This document shows, piece after piece, positions 53,027-64,000 of a stretch of DNA of 64,000 nucleotides. Position 1 is the stretch's first letter, and each line of letters begins with the position of its first letter. The stretch is from contig JAQFVV010000001.1 in assembly GCA_028023455.1 (NCBI GenBank), positions 5,394,001-5,458,000 of the forward strand. The letters are read 5' to 3'. The position numbers were made by a program, and so were the translations under genes. A model generated the notes under the pieces. That model saw only the letters and a program-made list of their open reading frames with translations, did not search any database and was not told where the DNA came from. The DNA is from Epiperipatus broadwayi (taxonomy: Eukaryota > Animalia > Onychophora).

Positions 53027-53470
53027 TACATTAAGCCTGCATCCTGCTCATCCCTCTTCTATGTATTTAAATGGATAAGGTTCTATACATGAGGGGTCAA
53101 AGTGACTTGAAATCAATATGGGTATGACATAATATTGGCATCAGCATGGGTTTTGGGGTTTATATCATCAGATTTTCAATGGTATGTATGGCTGAAGAGG
53201 ACATTGGAGTATATTGAAGCTTGTCCATTAAAATATGAAGATTTGCTATCTTAATATAAACCGAGCACTGATTATATATACGTGTGGGAGATGATAATCT
53301 GGACCAACTGATGAGTGCTGGTTCAGCACAAAATACATATGTTGGTGATTATTTACCTTTTCTACATATGTGTAGTCATATGTATCAATGATATGAGATA
53401 ATGTGGATAGTTGAAGGGTGCTTGAAAGTCTGTCTTCAAATCTCCTATATTTTCACAAATATATAAATCA
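53027..53470 (+). mobile_element. Second, circularly permuted copy of the ~476-bp hammerhead unit
   Basis: The body aligns with ~21850-22215 (e.g. TATCATCAGATTTTCAAT, GCTATCTTAATATAAA, GAGCACTGATT). It is followed by the hammerhead and then a decayed head. Confidence 0.7.
53302..53347 (+). ncRNA. Degenerate type I hammerhead ribozyme
   Basis: GACCAA-CTGATGA-GTGCTG gtt CAGCAC-AAAA-TACATA-TG-TTGGTG. Stem II is a perfect 6 bp and stem I is 5 bp. G12 is changed to A, consistent with CpG decay. Confidence 0.7.
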
Positions 53471-54009
53471 CACTTAAATGTTAAATAGCAGGCATATAAG
53501 TGCATTTACTTTATTTAACTATCCTCATTATTATATGAGGGAAAAAACCTATTTAAAGATTTAGGCTACACAAACTTTCTTAAAATTGTTGTTAATTAGT
53601 TAATAAAATATATTCTTAATGAGAAGTTTTTTCTCAATAAACATTTCAAATTCAATAAAAATATAACAGATAAGTAAAAGTAAAAAAGAAAAGTTCAGTA
53701 ATTACTTATCAAAGTTAATGCTTTTATATTTAAAGTATAAATCATCAGGAATCATATATTATTATTTAGTATTAGCATTTAGTATTACTGAGCATAATAG
53801 AATTTTGAGAAAATGTATATTTGACTGTCTTAAAACAATCTCCTTTTTGCAAATAAATCCTATAAGTTTTGATTGCTTTTCTTACATGGAAGAAATCCTA
53901 TATCAGTATTTTTTTCAAAAGTCTGCTTTATATTTGCTTCTCCTATTTGTAACTGGGTTATTGATTAAGAACATATTTATTGCACAGGACAGACAGTAAC
54001 TATCTATAT

Positions 54010-54260
54010 GGCATCTCTAGGACCCATTCCCAGTATTTTACTAATGATTACAAGACATACAAATAATGAGTCAATTTGTCATACTGTAACTAAAAATGAT
54101 AAGAATAATCAACCATTTTCATTGCTTTGACCTACTAATAAAATATCACCTTCTGATATCAATTGATATTTTCTTGTTGCACTTATCTCTAATATTATAT
54201 ACTCAGCTTTCCATAACACTGGATCTCTCTCTTGACTACTAATCACTTTTATTTGATAAC
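54010..54260 (-). mobile_element. Possible Gypsy RNase H-integrase tether relic
   Basis: The minus strand reads KVISSQERDPVLWK...YQLISEGDILL, loosely like the Q..DP.L tether. Very decayed. Confidence 0.25.
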
Positions 54261-55842
54261 TAACAGTCTACAATTAATAATTACATCCAAGGTTTTGTGT
54301 TCTTTATATAACTCCCACACAATAATCTGTCTTGCCTTGAAATCAAATGGAATGTTACATATTTTCCAAAAATATGTTTACTTTTTTTTACCAGTGTCAT
54401 GTTTCATTTTTGATCAATTACTTTTTTATTTATACTACTTCAATGACAAATTTAATTAAACTGTGTATACAAAAATAATTTAACTTGAAATTACATTTTT
54501 CTCTCTTTTTCTTTTGAAATTTAAACTTCAGTTATCTCATGAAGTTTTTTTTACCTTATGTCATTATATCTCATAAGATCAGGTGCTTAAATTCTAATAC
54601 TATTTATTTTTACCTAATTAACTATTTAAAAAAATTTTCGCAAAAAAATTGTTTCACAATACATATACATTCACTTTAATATTATTCAGCTGCAATAGAA
54701 CCACAATTTCCACTATAATAGCTCATATTTTGTTGACAAACTTTGATTATAATAGGATATGTATTGTTTATTGAACTCGTATTATACTGAGTGTATGTAT
54801 GTTCACTTATTCATATTCACTCAAAATAAAAAATAAGAAAAAACTTATTGTATCATATTTTTTAAATATAATGAATAGTGAAATGTCTGATATCCTTTTT
54901 TTAAATAATCCCCCCCCCCCCAATAGAATGGAATAGGTCTTGTTTTCAGCAGACTATATTTTCTCTAGTTGTTTTAATGTTTTTAAGACTGTATTGACTT
55001 TATGAATATTTTCAAATTTCATAAAACTTTTAACATTACACTTAGAAAACACCATTATGCAAAATACTATACATCAAATTTGTATGGGGTAGTAAAGGAA
55101 GAATAAAATGGATGTCCTTTTAAAATCAACTGAAGAAATTTTATTAATAAACATGATAGGGCTGCTACTATGTTTTTCTTGTTTATTTACTTTTTTTTGG
55201 ATAGCATAAAAGTGAAGTAGCATATATTGTTACAGCATAATTCACAATATCCCTATACCAATATATTGTACTTTGCTTATTTATTAAGAATAAGTACAAT
55301 AGAGTTATTTATTTATTTATGCATTTCTTTCAGTTTAAATATAGTATGACTTTTATATTTGCTTTACACCACAATAAATATAGAAAATTTACTATTATTA
55401 ACTGATCATGTTTTGATCACCTTCAGCCAGCTTATCTCTTGAAGAAATATTTGATTTAGACCCTAAAGCATATCTAAAAAACATATTGTCTTATGAGTTA
55501 ATTAATCTAATGGTCTGAATAATCTTTTATAATATCACACTAAAGAATAATTTTCTTATCTACACATACCTGTTTAAATATCATAATTTTCATACCATGA
55601 TATCATATTTCATAATTATTCAAAATTAGAAACAATAAACTTCAGAGCCATATATTTTCTATATTGATTATGATCACTTAATCAATAAAATCATTTTATT
55701 TTATCCCCAAATTGATGTTAGGTGATTCCCAAAATGCTTTATTACTTCTATAGGATACCAAAATCGTTAACATGTCTAAATTCTCCATACAGTAGTGCCA
55801 CTCAAATCAAGATCTACGTGCAGTGCTCTCAGATGCAAGGCT

Positions 55843-55882
55843 CCCCACTGATGAAAGCTACAAGCTAGAAACTAATCTGTGG
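55843..55882 (+). ncRNA. Degenerate minimal type I hammerhead motif
   Basis: CCCCA-CTGATGA-A-AGCT aca AGCT-A-GAAA-CTA-ATC-TGTGG. Both core boxes are intact, stem I has one mismatch, and helix III is one change away from the palindrome ACTAGT. Confidence 0.5.
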
Positions 55883-56390
55883 ATATTAGATGAATAGTCA
55901 CTAGATAGGGATTTTAAGCACACACATTCTTGCATCCATTGATTACTCTGACTTGTACTGAGTGCTGCTACTGTATGGAGAGTTTAGCCTCTGTGTAAAC
56001 AGCTTGTGTAAGCATAAAGAATGGTGATCATGTGATCTTTATCACGATAAAAAACAATTGAATGGCTTTTTGCTCAGGAGTTCATAAGAAGATGAAGCAT
56101 TAAAAATGTCAAAATAAAACTGATCATAAAATCCCATATTCTAGAATCTGACATTTTACTACTGCACTAAACCATGCAAGGTAACTTTTCTTTACTTATT
56201 ATATGATTTTGCTATTCGAAATCCCAAGCCTTTTTTTAATATGGATCAGTCTAACTTTATTTTTTTTATATGTTTATAAATAATATAGCTTATATAATGT
56301 TATCATTATATCATTCTCTCCTAAAAAATTGTTGTGTTATAACATACATATATTGTTCAAAATTGCAACAGATTCCATACTTATTTGTAC

Positions 56391-56771
<381 letters not shown>

Positions 56772-57269
56772 CCACTTTGATAAACAAAAAAAGTTGTTTA
56801 AGTTTATTTGAATAATTTATTTGTGACTTACTTGTAAAAAACCAAGCTAAAACACATATTACTAAAATGGTTCCAATAAGACATCGGCATGAAGCAGTAC
56901 ATCCTGAATTATTCTCAGCACTTCGAGATGTGACAATAAAAAATAAATAGCCATGATACATGAAAAGGATAATACCACCAAATATTAAAATTAAAGGAAG
57001 CTTTGGCATATATGGACAGGTAGAAAATATAAGACCTAAAAACAATTATAAAAAATGACAAAAAATGTAATACCTGTATCAGTTTGTATATATTATATGA
57101 GTTTAAAAAAATCCAATATGTTTTTTAGAAAATTTATAGTCAATGATATTAGATTTCATACTATAGCCTATTTGTAAATAATGACAATATAAAGCTAATA
57201 AATAGTGACTTCACAGAAATCTTCTTTCCTTTTCTTTATCTTCTACGCATTGATTACATTGATAAATCT

Positions 57270-57520
57270 GGGTAATAACTCTTTCATTTAAACTTTATTC
57301 AATGCAAATATATTGGTTTTGCAAATAATTTTATTTACGTTTCTTACACTTTTGAATGCTCACCAATCTTCATCAGAACTAGAAAATATTTAAATATATA
57401 TGACTACAGAAAAATGATATAATTATAATTGTACAAAATATTACATATACCTTTATATCAATTTTAAATTTATATTTTATTGCTTTGTCTTAAAATATAA
57501 ACATACTTTACCAATATAAT
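57270..57520 (-). mobile_element. Penelope-like pseudo-LTR fragment with a hammerhead (inverted partner of ~58670-58952)
   Basis: The reverse complement aligns with 58670-58952 (AAAATATAAATTTAA, GTATATGTAATATTTTGTACAAT, ATATTTAAATATT, TGTAAGAA). The hammerhead at 57341-57378 reads CTGATGA-A-GATTG gtgag CATTC-AAAA-GTG-TA-AGAA. Confidence 0.6.
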
Positions 57521-57529
57521 AAAGTATAG

Positions 57530-57595
57530 AATAATAATAAAAACAACAACAACAACAATAATAATAATAATAATAATAATCATCATCGTCATCAA
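57530..57595. repeat. Compound microsatellite (AAT/AAC/AAT/CAT)
   Basis: Directly visible runs next to the inverted pseudo-LTR arm. Confidence 0.9.
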
Positions 57596-57610
57596 GTAAA
57601 AATAAATATC

Positions 57611-58140
57611 CTCTGAATACTTAAATAGTGATTTCAAATTATTTATTTTGCATATAAAATTAAAATAATAGAAAATTTCACTCTCTAAATTATAACAATG
57701 ATCAAGTAACCTTAACTATCAAAAAAGCTAAAGGATAGATTAATATCATTCTATTTTTTTATAGTTGATTGACATTTATGTAGTTCACTGGAGGTCCAGT
57801 TACTTCCATTCTAACTATATATAATTTAGTTATGAATATTTATTATATTTGTTGAAACTGACATTTCATTTGATTTTTAAAGGCTGTTAAAAATGAGACC
57901 CTGCCTAGATTCTCTGGATATTTAAATACTGATTTCAAAAATATTCTGCACATAAAATTAAAATAGTAGAAAATTTCACTCAGTAAATTAGAATAATGTC
58001 AATCAGCTATGATTGAATATAAACAAAGTTAAAGAATAGATTACTATCATTCTAACTTTTCATAGTTGATTGATATCTACAAAGCTCAGTGGAAGGTTCA
58101 GTTACTTCCTATATAATTATATATAATTTAGCTATAACTA
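57611..58140. repeat. Diverged direct repeat, 2 x ~225 bp, period ~301 bp
   Basis: CTCTG.ATA.TTAAATA.TGATTTCAAA starts at 57611 and 57912. The copies share GAAAATTTCACTC, ATAGTTGATTGA and CAGTTACTTCC. Confidence 0.8.
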
Positions 58141-58669
58141 TAATTTTCCTTCTCTTCTTTAAATATATAATTAATTCTATGAATAATGTTAATATGCTAA
58201 TACCAGAAAAGGTTGCATTGTTAGATAATTAAATAAATAAATTGCTTAGCATTGGTTTCAACCTGTGAGATGGGGTGTCATCAACATTAACACTAGTTGG
58301 ACCGATAAGCTGAAGGGCTGTGATTATGCCCCCCCCCCCATGTTGAAAGCTATGCTTGGAAATTTTTTTATTTAATTATCTAACAGAACTTAATCTTTTC
58401 TTGTATTAGCATGTTAATATTATTCATAGAATTATAATTCAATTATGAATATTTATTATTAAAATATAGAGAAGTAACTTAAAATTAAAAGATTTTGGCA
58501 GTTGAGAAGTGAAACTTATAGAAGATAGATAATAGAAATAAAAAATAAGACATATATGCTTTAAGTACATACATTTTTTACTAAATTAAAAATAGCTTTA
58601 ATTAAATTACAATAATTAATATATATATACAAAATTTAAAAAAGTATAAAATAAACCATTAAATATAAA

Positions 58670-58952
58670 TTATGTATATAAAATTTTTAAGACAGAATAA
58701 TATAATATAGATATTAAATAAAACAAAATATAAATTTAAGATTAATTTAATTTAGTATATGTAATATTTTGTACAATACTAATTAAAATATAAATTATAG
58801 ATAGAATTATAATATAGTAATCCTACATATTTAAATATTCTATAGCTCTAATGAAGACTGCTGGGTTGTTGAAACTGTAAGAATGTAAAATAAAATAATT
58901 TATAAAAACAATATGTTTTCATTAAATAAAATATAAATGAAAAGTGTTATTA
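58670..58952 (+). mobile_element. Penelope-like pseudo-LTR fragment with a hammerhead
   Basis: The hammerhead relic at 58846-58882 reads CT-CTAATGA-A-GACTG ctggg TTGTT-GAAA-CTG-TA-AGA. It is followed by an A/T-rich tail shared with the inverted copy. Confidence 0.6.
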
Positions 58953-59000
58953 ATCTAAACAGAATTGTCAATTTTTATTTAAATTAAATATATTTGTCAA

Positions 59001-59080
59001 GCATTGGTAGTCAAGGGATCAGCACAGCCGCCTTACAAGCGGTTGTCCTGGGCTAGCAGGTTCGCTTCCCAGCTGATGCT
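59001..59080 (+). pseudogene. tRNA-Gly(TCC)-derived pseudogene or SINE head; anticodon reads TAC and the T-arm has an 8-nt insertion
   Basis: Acceptor stem GCATTGG/CTGATGC, anticodon stem GCCGC/GCGGT with loop CT-TAC-AA, and T-stem CTGGG/CCCAG around TTCGCTT with CTAGCAGG inserted. The backbone matches eukaryotic tRNA-Gly(TCC). Confidence 0.7.
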
Positions 59081-59579
59081 ATGACACATGAAAAAAAAAT
59101 ATATATATATATTAATTAATTTATTTGAAAGTATAAAAGAGTAATATACATTTTAGATACTGTCATAATATGTTGCAATTTTTTATGTGAGTGAGCACAC
59201 ATATAATAAGATAAGAATTATAATTATGTGTGAGCATTATACTGACATAGATTCTAATTTAAAAATTCATTATTGCAGAAAATCTAATATTTTATTTTAT
59301 TATAAGTTATCTAAAGGTCATTTTGTCACATCATTTTATTTATTATAACTTTTGTATTTTTAATATGGTAATTTGAATTATTGGTTAAGATTACCCTCAA
59401 CATAATTTTTAACCATTATCTATCATTTGTAGGATGGTATCATTCAAAGTTTAATGTAGTTTTTTTCAATTCTTAGCCACTTTCATATATAAATTTATCA
59501 CTTGCAGGCTTCAGGCCGATTGTTGATGGTGCCACAGCGCTATCTGACGGTGGCAGTATGGTCCCTCCATGACTACCGA

Positions 59580-60100
59580 ATTATCATTTCTTCTAGTAAT
59601 ATGTCCAACCCAGTTTCATTTTAATCTCTTAATTTTTTAATGATATCAATAATATCTATTTATTCTCTTACCAAAATATTTTGCTTGCTCCTTTGTTATT
59701 TCTATAATAAATCTTCCCATACTTTAATGATCATTCTGATGTTTCTGTATTGCTCTTCTGTTAATTGTTTTAAGTCTCAGGTGTATAAATAGAAACTGGT
59801 GAAATGTATCTATTAAATTTTTTTTCAAACAAATCAAAATAACAGCATAGACAAGTTTTATTCTATGATTAATTTCATTCATTATGTTTCCACCTGTTTT
59901 AATAATCTAACCAAGGTATTTGTAATTGTTTTTTTCCAATTCATAACTATCAGTCTTTATTTCCATTTTCTGAGAAAATTTAGACTTTTTAATATTTATC
60001 TTTAGTCATATTTTTTTTACTTTCAACAGATAATTCTTTCAACATTTTCTGAAGCTCTGGAGCATTATCTTTTTAAAAAATCCCACATCATTTACAAAAT
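59580..60100 (-). mobile_element. Decayed RTE 3' fragment
   Basis: The minus strand reads KIKRLK.NWVGHITRRNDN near 59580-59635. This is homologous to IKRLKWSWAGHIVRRVDN of the RTE at ~12.6 kb. The upstream extent is approximate. Confidence 0.5.
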
Positions 60101-61763
60101 ATAGATGACTTAAATAGTTTCTATATATGCCCTTACCTTTTCATTTTAATTCACATAATTCTTTTTATAGAACAGCTGTAAAAGGTTTTGGAGATATAGA
60201 ATTATGTTATGGCACACTCTTATTGGCAATAATTTTATTAGTATCACTATGTAATTTAAACTTTGATATTGCATTGTGATAGATATTTTTCAGAATATGT
60301 CAATATCCTTACTATACTTTGATGGTTCAAAATTTTAATCACTGTGGAAATGCTTACAGATTCAAATGACTTTTCATAATCTGAAAATCCAGAAAATAAT
60401 GACAATTATATTCATTGATGTATACTGTCTATAACTCTCTTAATATTTGAATGTTATGTATACTGTGCTAAAACTAACTTTAAATTCAGCTTGTTCTTTT
60501 GGTTGGTTTAAGTCTAATATTTACTGTAGATGAGTTGTAATTATCTTAATAAAGATTTCATATAGAATTGATAGAACATTGATAAATCTATAACTTTTAA
60601 CATTTTTTATACTATCTTTCTTAAATATCAATGTTTTCTACATTCTTCCAATTAAAGCAATAATAATATTGATATGAAGATATATTTAACATATTATGCA
60701 AATGGAAAAATTAATATCTTTGCTAGATTGATATAGTTTTAAACAATTTCATCTTTTTAATTCCAGTAAATTATATATAAAAATTAAATAATTGTAAACA
60801 TGCACACACACACATATATATATATATTGTACTGGGCATACATGCCATAACATTTTTTTTTTAAAAAAAAAAGAGTTAAATATAAATGTTCGCAAATAAA
60901 AGTTGTTAAATAAAAGTTAGAATTAAAAATTGAAAAACTAAAAGCTTGCAAAAACATATATATATATATAAATCGCACAGATGGAAAATTATTAAAAGAA
61001 AATTTTATATATATATATAAAAAAGAGTATTTTAAAACTCAATTTTAAGCAAAAACTTAAAGATATAAAGATAAAAATATATATCTTTAAGAATATGCAA
61101 TAATTAAATTACTTTCTATTGTGTTAAAAATCAAAATGGGGCACATTTATAATTAAAGGTCAGATAAGAGATATAAATTTTTTTAAAAAAAAATTGCATT
61201 ACCACTTGTGGAAGGTCAATTAACCCTTGGACCCTAATGAAAACCACCGGGAAACCATGGTCAGTGAATCTGAAGGATTAGTATAAAAAGAAAAATATTT
61301 AAATTAAGAACAGTTCCAGCTTGATTTTTTTAGGAGGAGGGTGAAAATACGCACTTTTCATCCTCTTACTAATTTCAAATGAAGTGACTGTTGAAATATG
61401 AATAGCACTATTGTAGACCCTGAATTATATGGGTCCTACAATAAAATAATTCCAGGATCGAACCAGCTAAGGCAGCCTCTGAATTGATATGAACAACAGA
61501 CCGGTCTTCTCAGAAATTTCAAATAATAAGACTTCACAGGAATTGACACAAGAACCGGAAGCTCCTCTAATGTAAAGTATAAACTATAAACTCTAATTAT
61601 TATAAACTTTTACTAAATGAACTTTTAATCATTTATTAACAATTAAGGCCTAACCAAGTTTAAGTCATGAACTCTTATCTGACCAACATGAAAGGTTAAA
61701 TCAATTATTGATATTTTAATCATAAAATAGTCATTTTTATTAATTTATTTCTTATAATCAATA

Positions 61764-62390
61764 AGTTATAATTACTAGCTAAATTAAATGATGTTATATA
61801 TTTATGTGTATATGTATGCATGCACCTCCACATTCAGCATCTTGGTAAAAATGACACCTTATGTTGAGTGTCTTTATGTATTTACCTAAGCCTCCCCTAT
61901 AAGTTCATTATTTGTGAATGTGACACCTCATGCTGAGTGTCTTAAAGAACTCAAAAAGAGTATAACCCTTTTATGCATTCAATTAATAATAATTGAACTA
62001 GAATAATTTGTGATGGACGGTTGTGCTACATATATGTATACATGTACATGCTCATTTAGTTTTTAAAATATTAAAGTTATAATTGTTAATTAAATTAAGT
62101 GATATTATGTGTTATGTGTATGCTTGTACCTCCACATTTGGCATCTATCAGTAAATATGACACCTTATGTTGAGTGTCTTGATGTATTTACCTAAGCCTC
62201 CCTTATAAGTTCATTATTTGCGAATGTGACACCTCGTGATGAGTGTCTTAAGGAACTCAAGAAGAGTATAACCCTTTTTTTTATACATTCCAAGTAATAA
62301 TAATTGAACTAGAATAATTCGTGGCAGACGGTTATGCTGCATATATGTATACATGTGCATGCTCATTTGGTTTTTAAAATATTAAAGCTT
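61764..62390. repeat. Head-to-tail tandem dimer, unit ~311 bp
   Basis: AGTTATAATT starts at 61764 and 62075, and the units are collinear throughout. Each unit has two GACACCTYRTGHTGAGTGTC hairpin motifs. Confidence 0.9.
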
Positions 62391-62764
62391 AAAATTTAAA
62401 ACTGGACGTAAATGGCTGCATGGATTTGTAGGTTTTATGTGCACAATCTATGTAGCATATCTACATCTATTAAAAAATTAAAATGTATAAATAAGAATCT
62501 CCATCTGTGTGAATTAAAATTTAAATTTAAATATAATAACTGTAAAAATTTAATTAAAGTAATAATGTTTATTCCTCCAGTTCAACTTTATATATGTGTG
62601 ATAATAAATGTTTTTTGTTAATATTACTGGCAGTAGTTTATTTATTTTTTATCTTTTCATTCTTAAATATATACATTAAGAATATTAGATTATAAATCTC
62701 AGTTACTCCTAGAGCTAGTGAAATATAAAATAAAAGTGGATCTTAACACTAAGTATCTACCTAC

Positions 62765-62910
62765 TATTGTGGCACCCTTGAAGGCAGATACAGTAAGACT
62801 CTGATTTTCTCCAACCGTTATAATATATATACAATTGTATGTGTTTTCAGTATGCTGCTCTCTTGTGACTGTGTAGAAAGAATATGCTGCCACTCTATTG
62901 ATTATGTTGC
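62765..62910 (-). CDS. Candidate orphan coding exon (..NIINRVAAYSFYTVTREQHTENTYNCIYIITVGENQSLTVSAFKGATI); product unknown
   Basis: On the minus strand there is a TTTTATCAG acceptor and a GTAGGT donor around 146 nt. Only one frame is open, and GC is higher than in the flanks. No partner exons or homology recognised. Confidence 0.3.
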
Positions 62911-64000
62911 CTGATAAAATATACATCAGAATATCACAAATGTTGGTAAGACAGAAAATTGTAAATACTTGTCCATTTTACATAATTGACAATTTAATTT
63001 AACTGTATATAGTATAGTTATATCCAGTCTTATCTGCATGGTTATTTATATAAATGATTAGTTGTGTTTTAAGATTTTAAATTAAGGATTTTATCTACAA
63101 ATGCTGCTGATAATATATTTTTAGATAGATATTTAAAAATGAAATAATTTCTAATTTTTATTAGTATTTTAGTCACATTTAATCAAAAAAATAGATGAAC
63201 TGAAAAAAATTCCTAATCATTTGTCATATGCATTTTTTAGACTTGACATCTTCATGAGACTTTAAATAAGATGTTTTGTTCCAGTGGAATTAATATATTA
63301 AATAAAGTGAATTTTTTATTAATACCTTTCAAGAATTTCATTAAAAAAAATAATTTTTTTTGACAGTAAATACATAATTTAAATGAGGAACTTTTCTAAA
63401 AAATATTGATTTATAAATATTTATTATATTTTGCCGAATAGTTTACATTTAGAAATAAATATATGAACATAAGTATTAAAGCTTAATTTTTTTATTTACT
63501 GTAGCGCCATCTATTGTAAGCTTGCACACATCCAGATTAGCTTTAGATTTGGTCTTTTTTAATGATCGAGCTTGAGCAAATACTTTTATCAAAACCATTA
63601 GTAGTCTCATGGATATAGTTATTCTACCTCTGGAATAAAGGAAAGAAAACAAAATGTTAAAGATGCATTTTATAATAAGTATATAAATCAATTGGTAAGA
63701 CTCAAACATATTCATATATTCCCTGTTGGTTTTTTGTTCATTTGCTATCTTATAATGTTGCTTTTTACTTCTTCTGCAAGAAACTTTCTTCCTGAAAAAT
63801 GCTATTCTTTTGCTCAATTTATAATCCTCCAATGGTTTATATTTTTTATCATATTGTTACAGTAAAAGTAATCAGTATGGCATCTTTTTTGAGTGACTGT
63901 GATATAATTTTTATAAGATTAATAGAATTAATATTTCCCATGAAAGTTACATTCAAATTAAATACTTTTTAGAAAATCTATTATTCTGTATTAACTTTTG

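Noticed and set aside
58247-58356. Tiny element with imperfect inverted ends (hAT-MITE-like)
   Set aside because: The inverted match is short and imperfect, no TSD was found, and there is only one copy in the window.
63476-63832. 118-aa minus-strand ORF as a gene
   Set aside because: No recognisable domain, low-complexity Lys/Ile bias, and no consistent splice phase with the candidate exon at 62765-62910.

Overview
Very AT-rich, CpG-depleted DNA from a spliced animal genome, probably an invertebrate; the species cannot be determined from this window. The only host gene I can identify is the 3' end of a cyclophilin-40/PPID-like gene on the + strand: three TPR-region exons at 2034-2120, 2218-2260 and 13570-13658. 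Its 11.3-kb last intron holds an internally deleted antisense Gypsy LTR element, an unclassified LTR-like insert and a near full-length disrupted RTE LINE. The rest is mostly transposon-derived: two ~2.7-kb non-autonomous Merlin-like elements whose catalytic region is replaced by a higher-order tandem array, a Gypsy integrase relic split by a pogo/Tigger-like element, a decayed hAT with a nested MITE, older RTE relics, tRNA-derived short elements and a long compound microsatellite. The most notable signal is seven minimal type I hammerhead ribozyme motifs from four unrelated repeat families. These include a Penelope GIY-YIG 3' end folded back into a ~0.9-kb palindrome whose ribozymes have a U3:A8 core variant, and a ~476-bp, circularly permuted, B-box-bearing unit that looks like a Pol III retrozyme. 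All alignments and folds were done by eye, so boundaries marked '~' are approximate.
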